Below, piece by piece: positions 1 to 12,784 of a stretch of DNA of 64,000 nt. The notes under the pieces were generated by a model. That model was not told the DNA's origin. It searched no databases and was given only the letters and a program-made list of their open reading frames with translations. The first letter of the stretch is position 1; each line of letters begins with the position of its first letter. Made by a program: the position numbers and the translations under genes. This DNA comes from Octopus vulgaris (taxonomy: Eukaryota): NCBI GenBank assembly GCA_951406725.2, contig OX597839.1, positions 34,596,001 to 34,660,000 on the forward strand, read 5' to 3'.

Positions 1-300
1 AGTACCAGTTACACACTGGAGTCTATGTAATCGACTTAATCCCATTGTATGTCCTTGTTTGTGCCCTCTATGTTTAGCCCCTTGTGGGCAATAAAGAAAT
101 AAGAAACGTTAGCACACCAGGCGAAACGCTTAGCGGTATTTCGTCTGTCTTTACGTTCTGAGTTCAAATCCCACCCAGGTCGACTTTGCCCTTCGTCCTT
201 TCAAAGTCGACAAAATAAGTACCAGTCAAATACTGGGGGACATTGTAATCAATTGGTCCCCTCCCGCAAAATTTCAGACCTTGAGCCTATAGTGGGAATC
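1..300 (+). mobile_element. SINE family B (tRNA head plus Meta-domain-like core), two partial units
   Basis: Contains gttctgagttcaaat (B box), gcccttcgtcctttc..gtcgacaaaataagtaccag and the tail gccccttgtgggcaataaagaaat. Confidence 0.75.
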
Positions 301-317
301 ATTATTATTATTATTAT

Positions 318-350
<33 letters not shown>

Positions 351-864
351 AAAGAGTGCAGCTGCTGCAATAGCAACCATTGCCACTGCAGAGACAATGA
401 GAAAATAGGTGAATATAACAAACCAACAGCAGTCTAGTCTACAGTTTAATGGTCGAGGTGGGGGGTGATGGCTATAATGGTGATGATGATGATGATGCCA
501 GTAGTACTGATGGTGGTGGTGGTGGTGGTGGTGGTGGTGATGGTGGTGGTGGTGATGATGATGGTGGTGGTGGTGAGGATGGTGGTGGTGGTGGTGAGCT
601 ATATGTGGCAGCATTCCAAGAACGTTGCGTATAACAAGGATGTTGTTTTTGCTGTTATTTTTATCGTGATGACGACAACAATGATGACGTCTGCCCCCAA
701 TGTTGTCATCGCAACCCACAACTCTCTTGATTTCTGTTAACTGACATTGGGGGCCTGACGCAGACCCCGTGGTTCATCAGACCCCATCAAACCACCCAAC
801 CCAAACCAGCACGGAACACAAACATTAAATGATGATAACAATGGTGTTAGCCCTATTTTGCCGT

Positions 865-1330
865 TATCCTACTCTGTTTGCGCTCATTAGTCCCTACAGT
901 TGTCGTTTGCCTCTGCCCTCATTAGTCCCTACAATTATTTTTATTGGCCCTCATTAACCCCTGCAGTCATTTGCCCTCATTAACTCCTACTATCGTTTGC
1001 CCTCATTAATGCCTACCGTCATTTGCCCTCATTAACACCTACTATTGTTTGCCCTCATTAATGCCTACCGTCATTTGCCCTCATTAATTCCTACTGCCGT
1101 TTGCCCTCATTAATCCCTACTGTCGTTTGCCTCTGCCCTCATTAATCCCTACTGTCGTTTGCCTCTGCCCTCATTAGTCCCTACAATTATTATTGGCCCT
1201 CATTAACCCCTGCAGTCATTTGCCCTCATTAACTCCTACTATCGTTTGCATTCATTAATGCCTACCGTCGTTTGCCCTCATTAACCTCTACTGTCGCTTG
1301 CCCTCATTAACACCTACCGTCGCTTGCTCT
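865..1330. repeat. Minisatellite, ~27-33 bp unit (tttgccctcattaatccctactgtcg), about 15 copies
   Basis: The gccctcatta core recurs throughout the interval. Confidence 0.9.
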
Positions 1331-1544
1331 ACTATAATAATACTATAATAATAACAGTGGTATTAGGTGTACCCAACTAATACGACTGTGGAGAAATACT
1401 GCAGATGAATGCTCCACTGATCGCCATATTGCTGTCTAAAGTTATTCCCATACCATGCAAGGTGACACCAATATCTGCTAAATGGTTTTGGTGTCTGTCA
1501 AGAAAGGTTCTTCATGGTCATTTTACCAGTTTATTATTATTATT

Positions 1545-1935
1545 ACTCTTTTACTTGTCACAGTCATTTGACTGCGGCCATGCTGGAGCACCACCTTTAG
1601 TCAAGCAACTCGACCCCGGGACTTATTCTTTTTGTAAGCCCAGTACTTATTCTATCGGTCTCTTTTGCACAACTGCTAAGCGACGGGGACATAAACACAC
1701 CAGCATCGGTTGTCAAGCAATGCGAGGGGGACAAACACACACACACAAACACACGCGCGCATATATATATATATATACATATATATATACACACATATAT
1801 ACGACGGGCTTCTTTCAGTTTCCGTCTACCAAATCCACTCACAAGGCTTTGGTCGGCCTGAGGCTATAGTAGAAGACACTTGCCCAAGATGCCACGCAGT
1901 GGGACTGAACCCGGAACCATGTGGTTGGTAAGCAA
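1545..1935 (-). mobile_element. SINE family A (tRNA head, CORE-like segment, internal TA/CA microsatellite, LINE-derived tail)
   Basis: Reverse complement matches the other family A copies (ggttcagtccc B box, cttgggcaagtgtctt, ctccagcatggccgcagtcaaatgactg). Confidence 0.85.
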
Positions 1936-2357
1936 CCAAAAAAACATTTGTTTCATATATATGAACAACAAAACGTTCTGTTTTTACCATTTCGATTTTG
2001 TCTTGACGAGTTCAATAAATGAATGAAAGCGTTAATAAAGAATTATCAAAAATTCTGACTTCCTCCTTTTCCTCAATATACATATGTTCCAGGTTCAGTC
2101 CCACTACGTGGCACCTTAGGTGTCTTCTACTATAGCCTCGGGCCAACCAAAGCCTTGGAAACTGGAAGAAGCCCGTCATGCACGTACGTATATATTTGTG
2201 CGTCTCTGTTTGTCCCACCACCATCGCTTTGGCAAAAGACCCCCAATAGAATAAGTACTAGGCTTACAACGAATAAGTCCTGGGGTTGATTTGTTTGACT
2301 AAAGGCAGTGCTCCAGCATGGCCACAATCAAATTACTGAAACGAACACACACAAAAG

Positions 2358-2760
2358 CACAGGAGTGGCTGTGTGGTAAGTAGCTTGCTAACCAACCACA
2401 TGGTTCCGGGTTCAGTCCCACTGCGTGGCATCTTGGGCAAGTGTCTTCTGCTATAGCCCCGGGCCGACCAATGCCTTGTGAGTGGATTTGGTAGACAGAA
2501 ACTGAAAGAAGCCTGTCGTATATATGTGTATATATATATATATATGTATGTGTGTTTGTGTGTCTGTGTTTGTCCCCCTAGCATTGCTTGACAACCGATG
2601 CTGGTGTGTTTACGTCCCCGTAACTTAGCGGTTTGGCAAAAGAGACCGATAGAATAAGTACTGGGCTTACAAAAGAATAAGTCCCGGGGTCGATTTGTTC
2701 GACTAAAGGCGGTGCTCCAGCATGGCTGCAGTCAAATGACTGAAACAAGTAAAAGAGTAA
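2358..2760 (+). mobile_element. SINE family A, full length
   Basis: A box tggctgtgtgg, B box ggttcagtcc, CORE-like cttgggcaagtg, tail atgactgaaacaagtaaaagagta. Truncated copies flank it at ~2085-2345 and ~2762-2875. Confidence 0.88.
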
Positions 2761-3490
2761 ACTGGCTTCTTTCAGTTTCCATCTACGGAATTGACTCACA
2801 AAGCTTTTGGTCAGCCCAAGGATTAGAATAGAAGACGCTTGCCCAAGGCACCACAGGATGGGATTGAACCCAGACACACACCCTTTGCCTTTACATAAAC
2901 CCATATCCCTCTTAACGAATGGTCCACTGTGTATGACACTGCTGCTGCTGGTGTCGGAACCACATGAGACAGGTCTGTTGCATTCCAGATTGGTGTTACT
3001 AATGCCATGTTTGACATCTGATGTCTAGAGCCATTTCTCTGCAGAGCAGAGTGATTTTATAGACAGACAGACAGGCAAGCAGAATGGAGTAGAAGAGAGA
3101 ATGTATGAAATAGCTGTAGTGTGGTGGTAGTGGTGGTGGTGGAGACGGAGGCTGGATGTGAGAATATTGCATTTGTGATTGTAGAAGTGGGTGTGGCTGA
3201 CTATAAGAATGCCTCCCCACCACACGTCCACACCCACACTTACACACACACATGCCCACATGGACACACTTGCCCATACACGTCCATAGACGCACACATG
3301 CTTATACATGCCCATACACACACCTGCACACACACACGCCCATACACACACACATGCATGCTTATACACACCCACAGACATGCCCACACACGTACACATG
3401 CCCATACAGCCATACACACACACACACCCATATACAGACACACATGCATGCCTGTACGTACACACACACACACACACACACACCCAGCCA

Positions 3491-3521
<31 letters not shown>

Positions 3522-4513
3522 GTATGTATGTGCATATTACACATTGCCAGGCCAAGCCAAGAGCCACCACCACTACTAATAATAAACAGTATCATTATTA
3601 TTACTATTATTATCATTATTATTATTATATTTGTTATCATCAGGTCTAGGCTTTGTCTGATGCTCTGCTCACTCTCTCTCTGTCTCTCTCTCTCCCTCTG
3701 CTCTCTCTCTCTCTTTCTCTCTCTGTGCTCTCTCTCTCTCTCAGACATGGACTTATATAAGCATATGTCTATGAATGCCAGCCACATCGCATTAACCTGG
3801 TTTCCTGTTAAGCCTCGAGGAAAGGGCGGAGGAAGGGGGGAGGGAGGAAGGGGGTAGCAGCGGTGGTGGTGGTGGAGGCAGCGGAGGCGGTTGTGCAGTT
3901 GGTTGGGTGATGAGTGGGGGGTGGAAGGGGCGCGATTAGCCTGTTGTAGTTGTTGGTGGGGGGAGGGGAGAAGGTTGAAAGCAATTGACGAATCCAGCCT
4001 CCCCATCAGTAGGTATGAATGGGATGGGGGGTGGGGAGGACATAGGCATGCTCTTCATAGTGTATATGCATGTATATGTATATATGTGTATATGTATATG
4101 TATGGTATGTATGGTATGTATGTCTTACCGTGTATGTATTTTCTATTATGCATGGTATGTGTATATTTTAGTCTTTATGTGTATATATATGTTCAGTATG
4201 TATATATATGTGTGGTACTTTGTGTTTGTGTGTGTAGTAAATGACCAGGTTCATAAGGTACTCGCCACCCAGTTTGTACTCGGTTACTTGGTCGACACCA
4301 CCCAGCTCTATGTAGGTAACACAATATGCTACCCTCAAACTGGGTGTTATTTGCTTTTGCCCCCCCCCACCCACCCAAAAAAAACAATTTTGATTAAAAT
4401 TAAGGATGCAGTATGATACATGGCACAATGTGACACAATTCAGACCCCTATCCACTCAAAGAAATATTGAGATATTTCGTCCCAGACAAGGCTTGAAGGC
4501 AATGGTAGTTCAA

Positions 4514-4991
4514 CCCTTTCATTACCGTATTTCTGTTGAGATATTCTGTGTTTCTTTCAATTAATTTGAAATATCTAACAAAGAATTTAGTAAAATAACT
4601 TAGTTATCATTCAGCTAGTGTTAGGAACATAAATTGTGACTAAGATTTGATGGAAGATTTTAATTCAGAACTTTTGAAAACAAGACATTTGTACTCAGAG
4701 CCAGAACCAGTTTTGGCTAGGTTGGTATCGAAAGGGTTAAGAATTGTTTCTCTATTATATATTTTAATCCTTTTGTTACTCTATTTCTGTTGAGATGCTC
4801 TGTGTTTCTTTCAATTAATTTTTAAATATTAACAAAGAATTTAGTAAAATAACTTATTTATCATTCAGCTAGTGTTAGGAACATAAATTGTGACTAAGGT
4901 CTGGTGGAAGATTTTAATTGGAAACTTATAAAAGTGAGACATTTGTACTACAGAGCCAGAACCAGTTTCGGCTAGGTTGGTATCGAAAGGG
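4514..4991 (-). mobile_element. piggyBac-type MITE family 1, tandem dimer
   Basis: Two ~225-bp AT-rich units with ccctt...aaggg termini. TTAA at the internal junctions and the right end; units joined by gaattgtttctctattatatatt. Confidence 0.75.
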
Positions 4992-5841
4992 TTAAGGGAC
5001 TACAAAGAAGGAAAACGGGGAGACAAATTCAAAAGTTGACCAAACTTAAAGGACTGGCTATCAAAGACAAGCACAAAATTATTCTTTCTACTGGGTAACC
5101 ATTTTTACTTGGCACCTGTTTCAACTGGGTACCTGTTTCTGCTTGCTACCTATTTTGTTGACCCTGACAGGATGAAAGACAAAGTTGACCACATACATAT
5201 ATACGACAGGCTTCTTTCAGTTTCCGTCTACCAAATCCACTCACAAGGCTTTGGTCGCCCCAAGGCTTATAGTAGAAGACACTTGCCCAAGGTGCCACGC
5301 AGTGGGACTGAACCCAGAACCATGTGGATGGTAAGCAAGCTACCTACAACACAGCCACTCCTGCGCCTGTTTATTTTTCTTCTACAAGTAAGGTGTTATC
5401 TGAAAGATATTTAGCTGCTATATCTATTGGGCTCCCTCAATGCCTCCTGGATGGTTTAGCAAGTTATATTATTGATGAAACCCGAAATTTTAACCAATGG
5501 CCAAGTATTTGCTCATAGCATTGATCCTGCTGAAAAAAATAATTGCTTTGATGCTCCAAGACCACCATCCATTGAGACGAGCAGCCTCTTGGACACACTT
5601 AGACCAAATATTCTACTTGGTTTATGTTTTATGCTCCAACTGGCCAGATCCAGTCTCTCACACCTACCCTACAATGTCTCTCTGAAAATAAATAGTTACG
5701 TTCATTGAAGTTTCAAAGCCTGAAACAATAACGCAGGATCGCTTCAAAACAACGTGAATAAATAAACGTTACATTTGACAGAGTAATCTGGACACTAAAT
5801 GGTTAACGATCTCGTTAAGGAGGCACCAGTCATATGATTAA

Positions 5842-6315
5842 CCCTTTCGTTACCAACCCGGCCAAAACCAGCTCTGGCTCTGTAGTACAAATGTCTTGTT
5901 TTCATAAGTTTTTCATTAAAATCTTCCACCAAACCTTAGTCACAGTTTATGTTCCTAACACTAGCTTAGTGATAACGAAGTTATTCTACTAAATCCTTTG
6001 TTATATTTAAAATTAATTGAAAGAAACACAGAGCATCTCAACAGAAATAGGGTAACAAAAAGGTTAAAATATATAATAGAGAAACAATTCTTAACCCTTT
6101 TGATACCAACGTAGATGAAACTGTTTCTGGCTCTATAGTACAAATGTCTTGTTTCCATAAGTTCTGAATTAAAATCTTCCACCAAATCTTAGTTATCATT
6201 AAGCTAGTGTTAGGAACATAAACTGTGACTAAGTTGTTTTAATAAATTCTTTGTTATATTTAAAGTAATTGAAAGAAACACAGAGCATCTCAAAATAAAT
6301 ACAGTAAAGAAAGGG
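5842..6315 (+). mobile_element. piggyBac-type MITE family 1, tandem dimer
   Basis: TTAA|ccctttcgttacc ... aaaggg|TTAA with the same internal spacer. Confidence 0.78.
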
Positions 6316-6619
6316 TTAAAGAAAAAACATATGCAAGGAAAACATTCCAGAGGGAATGAATTATGGGGGGAGGAGGTAGAGATTAGAGCAAGGGTGAATG
6401 GACACAATGTTAGGTGGGGGTGAGACACGTGTAAGCAGAAGTGTGTACCTGAGAAGAGGCAGCTGGAGCTCATCCCACTAAGCTCTGTGGAGCAGAGGCC
6501 ACTAGAGTAGCAGTAGAAAATGCAGTGAGTGGACATGTGTAGACCAGAGGTTGGAGTGTATTGGTGATTAACAGAATGAGGTCTGACATGGTTATTGTGG
6601 TAGTAGGCGAGGGGGGGGG

Positions 6620-7588
6620 GTCACATAGCTTTGACAGAGTAACCCAAACTCCTTCAAATCTTAATAGTAAACCCAATAATTGAAATAAATTTAATTATCG
6701 TAATTCTCTCTTTAAAGTTGTTATTTCTTTGATTGCCCAGGAGGTAAGTGTGCTTACAAGTAGTAACTGAACACACCTGTAGAGTTTCAGGTCTCTGCCA
6801 GGAATTACATAGGGCCTCATTAAATATTTTCATTTAAGCAACCAAATTTCCCTTAACAAAAAGATTGTGTGTGAAGAATTGGGGGTCATAAGACAGCCTT
6901 GTCATAGCAACCAAAAGTCATTCAACTCTTTGTAGTAAGCCCAATAATTGAAATAAATTCAAATATCTTAATTTTCTCTTAAAAATTGTTACTTCTTTGA
7001 TGGCCCCAATAGGTAAGGGTGTTGAGAAATAATAACAAAACACTCTAGTGGAAGTTTCAAATCTCTACCAGAAGTTACAAGATGTCTCATTAAATATTTC
7101 CATTTAAGCAACCAAATTTCCCTTAACAAAAAGATTGTGTGTGAAGAATTGGCCACAAGGCAGCCTTCCCAGAGTAATCAAATCACCATCAAATCTTTAA
7201 GGTAATTCCATTAATTGAAATAAATTTAAATATCTTAATTTTATCTTTAAAATTATTGATGATTTTCTCAGTAGGTATGGGTGTTGCAAAGTGGTAATAT
7301 AACATACAAGTGGAGGTTTCAAATCTCTGCCAGAACTTACAAGATGTCTTATTAAATATTTTTATTTAAGCAACCAAATTTCCATCAACAAAAAGATTGT
7401 GTGTGAAGAAGTGGAGGTCATAAAACAGCGTTGTCATAGCAACCAAAACTCATTCAACTCTTTGTAGTAAGCCCAATAACTGAAATAAATTTAATTCAAA
7501 TCTCTTCATTTTCACAGATCAGGATATCTAGAAGAGGAGGTTTCAAATCTCTGCCACGACATTATTAAATACTTATATTTATGTAACC

Positions 7589-7627
<39 letters not shown>

Positions 7628-7860
7628 CAAAGAAGGGGCTACAAGGCAGCCTTCACATAGTAACCAGATCTCCCTCATATGCTTATAATAAATAAATTTT
7701 TAAAGTAAATTTAAGTATCTTAATTTTCTCATATAAATTGTTGCTGCTTTGGTGGCTCAGTAGGTAAGGGTGTTTAGAAGTAGTAACCAGACACAAGTGG
7801 AGGTTTCGAATCTCTGCCAGGAATTACAGGGGGTCTTATTAAACATTTTCATTTTTTTCT
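6620..7860. repeat. Diverged tandem repeat, ~265-bp unit, about 4.5 copies
   Basis: aagcaaccaaatttcc..aacaaaaagattgtgtgtgaagaa recurs near 6840, 7108 and 7370; gtttca..tctct.cca recurs five times. Confidence 0.85.
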
Positions 7861-7909
7861 CTAGAGATAAAAAAAAAAAGGGAAAAATTTTAGTAAGACC
7901 CCCTTAATG

Positions 7910-7990
7910 CAGGCCCTGGGTGGGATTGAACCCTGCCCAGGATATTCAATGTCTAACAATGTCTCTACCCACAAGACCACCAAGACACTC
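7910..7990 (-). pseudogene. tRNA-like (A box/B box) unit, degenerate
   Basis: Reverse complement GTCTTGGTGGTCTTGTGGGTAGAGACA...GGGTTCAATCCCACCCAGGGC. No clean cloverleaf. Confidence 0.45.
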
Positions 7991-8150
7991 ACCAATAATG
8001 TAGTAAATTTAGGAATATTTAAATCTATCAGAACTAAAGATCAAAAAGAAATCTCTATCCCATCATAGCTGTAGTTCAGTAATTAATCGCAAATTGGGCG
8101 AACCTGTTTGGATGCCCTTGTAGGTAAGGACATTGATTAATAAGTAAGAT

Positions 8151-8230
8151 AGTGCTCCTGGCAGGGATTGAACCTTGCTCAGGATGTGTTATACAGCATG
8201 TGCAATTACCCACACGGTCACAAAGGCAAC
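8151..8230 (-). pseudogene. Second tRNA-like unit, related to the one at 7910
   Basis: Reverse complement GCCTTTGTGACCGTGTGGGTAA...ATCCTGAGCAAGGTTCAATCCCTGCCAGGAGCA shares atcctg.gca.ggttcaatccc with the first unit. Confidence 0.45.
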
Positions 8231-8287
8231 AACACTAAAAGCAGGCAAAAAAAAAAAAGGCTTTTTAAATTGATTTATATATCATAT

Positions 8288-8390
8288 TATTTGCTTCTAC
8301 CACCACCAAGATCTGCTCCTGGGGTCAGCTTCACCCAGGCTTGTGCCCACAGCTTCCTTGGTCACCGTGCTGCCTTCCTACTCAACCGGG
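8288..8390 (-). pseudogene. Diverged 28S rRNA fragment (~100 bp)
   Basis: tatttgcttctaccaccaccaagatctgctcctggggtcagcttcacccaggc...gccttcctactc resembles the conserved antisense LSU string TATTTGCTACTACCACCAAGATCTGCAC...CTCCACCCGGGC...GCCCTCCTACTC (recalled). Confidence 0.75.
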
Positions 8391-9469
8391 CGGTCAGAAA
8401 GATCTCTGTATAAACGGGAGTGTATGTTTGTAAATTTGTCGCTGAAATGATGTATCCTGAAGAAAAACAGATTTGATTTTCGAAATCTGTGGCTCAGTGA
8501 CAAAGAATTTGGTTATGATTGATCAGAAAATGAAATTTGTCATAAGAAATAACTCAACTGTGAGATATCTCAGTCATTTGTCACCTGCTCCTAAAGGTTC
8601 AATGTTGAATGAAATCATAATTAGCTGATCTACCTGTATTGTCTTTTACCCAATGTGTAATACCTCTACATGATAGCTAGAACTGGTAGAAATAGAAACA
8701 AAAATAAAATAACACTGCAATATCTGTGAATCTGAGAGGGCAACCTTCGAGAGTTGTAACAAATTAGTCTTTACAAAGTGAAGTATTTTACCTGACCCTG
8801 GAAAGAAATATTTCATGCCATGGGCCTATAACAAAACATTATTATCATTATTGGGCATTATTATTATTATATACAACAGGCTTCTTTCAGTTTCCATCTA
8901 CCAAATCCACTCACAAGGCTTTGGTCGGCCCGAGGCTATAGTAGAAGACACTTGCCCAAGGTGCTACGCAGTGGGACTGAACCCGGAACCATGTGGTTGG
9001 TAAGCAAGCTACTTACCACACAGCCACTCATATTGTGCTGGACATTAATTTGTTCAACCAAAACTTCAAGGTGGTGCCCCAGCATGGCCAGTCTAATGAC
9101 TGAAACAGGATAAAATACGATGATGGCAGCCCTGGTGTTAAAAAGAAACGATAGTTTGGAGGTGCGACAGTCTTTGAGAACAGAGAACATGACCAAGGAC
9201 ATTGGCAGTGACACGATGGTGTCGTCCAGCTCTCAAGATCTGCCCTAACTAAAGGCACCTACAAACGAAGGCCTTATTTTCAGGCGTGGTATATCTAGGG
9301 CAATATTATTAACCTGGGCCCTTCCTAATTTAAAGAAATGAGTAAATTGTCGGTTTTGACTGCTTTTTCTAGCAAATTGAGTGATCTGTAAACTACTTCC
9401 TTGGCTCGTAAGAGCTGGAGGGGGTAGGGGGTACTTGGTATTTATCAGAGAAGTGACAGGGAGAGTAAG

Positions 9470-10065
9470 AGTTAGGGGAGAGAGAGAGAGAGAGAGAGAG
9501 TAAGAGAGACAGCGGTAGGAGAAATATTTGGGAACAGGAGGATGGAAGAGAGATGTAGGAGAGTAAGAGGCATGGAGGGAAGGAGGGAGATATCTCGGAG
9601 TAAGGGTGAAGGTAAAGAGAGACAGAGAGAGAGAGCGAGAGAGAGAGAGAGAGAGAAATATTTGGGAAAGGGAGATGGAAGAGAAATCTGGGAGAGCGGA
9701 GAGGGAGATATCTCAGAGTAAAGGGGGAGAGACAAAGAGAGAAAGATTTCGGAAAGGGAGATGTAAGAGATATCTAGGAGAGCAGAGAGGATGGTGGGAG
9801 GGGGGATATCTCGGAGTAAAGGTGGAGGTAGAGAGAGAGAGAGATTCGAGAAAGGGAGACGGAAGAGAGATCTAGGAGAGGATGGAGGGAGATATCTTGG
9901 AGTAAGGGTGGAGGTAAAGAGAGAGACAGAGAGAGAGAAATATATGGAAGAGAGATCTAGGAGAGCAGAGAGGGAGGGAGGGAGTTATCTCGGAGTAAGG
10001 GCAGGAGAGAGAGATAGAGAGAGAGAGAAAGATTCGGGGGAAAGGGAAAGAGAAGTGGGAGAGTA
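9470..10065. repeat. Purine-rich degenerate minisatellite (gagatatctcggagtaaggg units separated by (GA)n)
   Basis: The atatctcggagtaa-like motif recurs about five times. Confidence 0.7.
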
Positions 10066-10634
10066 AGGTGTGATGGTTAGCGAGGTGCGGTAGCAGTAAT
10101 TGAGATAATGGCAAGGGCAGTGGTAGTGGTGGTAGTAAGAGGAGATAGAGAGACAGAGAGAGAGCGAGGGAGAAAGAGGGAGAGAGAGCTTACGATGACA
10201 ACAGCAATCTTTCCCTTGACTACGACGACACAAGAAGAGAGAAAAATGGAAAGGTGGAGCGGAGGGGGGGAGGGAGAGCAGGTTTGGGTTAAAAAGAACG
10301 GCAGACAGCGTGACAGAGGAACGTCAGAGGAAGAAGAAGATAACAGTGGTAAGAAGAGCATCACACACACACACAGAGGGGCAAACTGGCACACAAACAC
10401 ACACACACGTATACAGATACACGCACACACATATATATATATAGAGAGAGAGAACCGTGTACATTCATAAGTGGATGGGTGGGGTGTGATCCACAGACGG
10501 GTACTTACTACATAAACAAGTAAGGAAAAGAAAGAAACAGCACATTTGATAGAGATAAAAAAGCAGAAATATGTAATTTGCATATGTGTGTTATGTGTAC
10601 GTACACACACACATTCAAACCAATACGTACGTAC

Positions 10635-10693
<59 letters not shown>

Positions 10694-11489
10694 GTATATA
10701 CACACACAAACACATAAACCAATACGCAGGTACCTCTCCCTCATATATATATATATTTATTTATTTTTATTTATCTTATTTTATCTGGTTTCAGCTCACG
10801 AGCTGTGGCCATGCTGGGGCATATATACATACATACACACACACATACATACACACACACACACACATACACACATACATACATACACACGCACACACAC
10901 ACATACATACATACATAGATACATACATACATACACACACACACACATACACACAATACATACATACACACATATACATACACACATATACATACACACA
11001 TATAAACATACACACACACACACATACATATATACATACATACAGACACATACGTACGTACGTATCACGTAACACTAACGCGTGTACAAACACACAAAGA
11101 CAGGTAGAGCGACACACGCACCTTCACACACACACACAGAAAGAGACGAACCCGTACACACCCACACACACCCACGCACGCACACACAGATCAATGGCGT
11201 GTGTGTGGTGTGGGTGGTGGTGGTGGGTGAGAATAAACAACTGACACAATTGATTTTGTTGCAAGGTCGGAGGAATGTTTTAACAAACAGTAAACAATCC
11301 TCGCCTCCCCCCGCCTCCACCTTCCCTCTCTCCCTCTCTCTCCTATCGTTCCACTCGCTCTCTCTTCCCTTCTCGCAATTACCATTCACACACACACACA
11401 CACACAGAGGCAGAGATAAATATACAGATACGCACACACATAAAAGCACAGACACACACACACACAACATATCCGAAGCACGTTCAGGG

Positions 11490-11790
11490 GCATTCATACA
11501 CACACACACACACACAAGCACACAAGCATTCACATACACACCCACATGCACAGAAGCATTCGTATATACACACACACGTACAAGCATTCATACACACACA
11601 CACAAGCATTCATATATACACACACACAAGCATTCATACACACACATACACACAAGCATTCATACACACACACACAAGCATTCATATACACACACACACA
11701 CGCACAAGCATTCATACACACACACACACACTCACACACAAACAAGCATTCATATACACACACACAAACATTCATACACACACACACACA
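11490..11790. repeat. Minisatellite (caagcattcata plus (CA)n)
   Basis: About ten repeats of agcattcata. Confidence 0.85.
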
Positions 11791-12784
11791 CATACACACT
11801 CGCACACACACACACATTCACAGACACACACATGCATGCATGTATACACACTGTCATCACTCGTTCATTCTGATTTTATAACACGCTGCCATCTTGCTTC
11901 TCCTCTATTCTTCCTTTTTACCATTTTCTCGATGCCAAACACGCTTTCTCTCTCTCTCTCTCATTCCTTACCTCCAAACAAACGAGGACCCCCCCCTCTC
12001 TCTCTCTCTCTCCCACTTTACTTCTGTAGGAGCCTCTACGTACATCGTAAGACCTACTAGCAATAACACTCAAACCACCCTCAAATTGCACCAACAAATA
12101 ACGGAGTCCCAGATATAAACATTGTCTTTTACTGTTCAGAATTATACAGGAACTGTGTATGCCCTCTCTCTCTCTCTCGCTCGTCTCTCATAGGGGATGG
12201 AGTGGGCTGAGTTTTTATTTGGGAACACATTCTTCGTGGAAAATAGCGATTTTGACGTCTATATCTAGCATGTTGACCGTCCACTTTTAGTGGTCAGTCC
12301 TTTAAATTTTGTATATATATATCTTTATCACGCTTGATCTGTTAGGAATATCAACCCCCCACCCAAAAAAACAAAAGACTGAATGGTCATAACTGGAACG
12401 TCTTTGACTATAGCCTTGCTAAATCAAGGCTGACCTGGGTCTTCATCTATTTACACACACACACCACACACACACACACATTCACCTATGGACACAGAAA
12501 TGTGTGCGTGTGTGCTTATCTACACATGGGGTGTACTGCTGATAGACAGACATAAAAAGGCATTACTCTGCAGAAAAAGTTACAAAAGTGACTCATTGAA
12601 CTTGAAAGTTTTATGCATGACACTTTTTACAAGATTCGAGTCACTTTTGTAACTTTTTCTGCTCATTAATGTGTGTTTTCTTTATGTCAAGTTAGATATC
12701 ATTTTACCTTTTACTCTGGGCTTTTGTTGATATAGCGAAAGTCTTCGGAAAGGGTCCTCCCACTCTACTCCCCTTATCTGGTTG

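Noticed and set aside
865-1330. CRISPR-like periodicity (also at 44910-45160 and 45785-46080)
   Set aside because: Units are contiguous without unique spacers, no cas genes, eukaryotic context.
1405-1931. Recurrent peptides such as [43 protein letters not shown] in many ORFs
   Set aside because: Incidental reading frames of non-coding SINE A, not a gene family.
2880-4006. Protein-looking minus-strand stretches (TSDVKHGISNTNLECNRP...; MGRLDSSIAFNLLPSPHQQ...)
   Set aside because: No recognisable homology and no complete acceptor/donor pair; cannot be supported as exons.
8457-8520. Hammerhead-like CTGAAGA...GAAA core next to the 28S fragment
   Set aside because: Stem II closing pair is mismatched, and stems I and III could not be formed convincingly.
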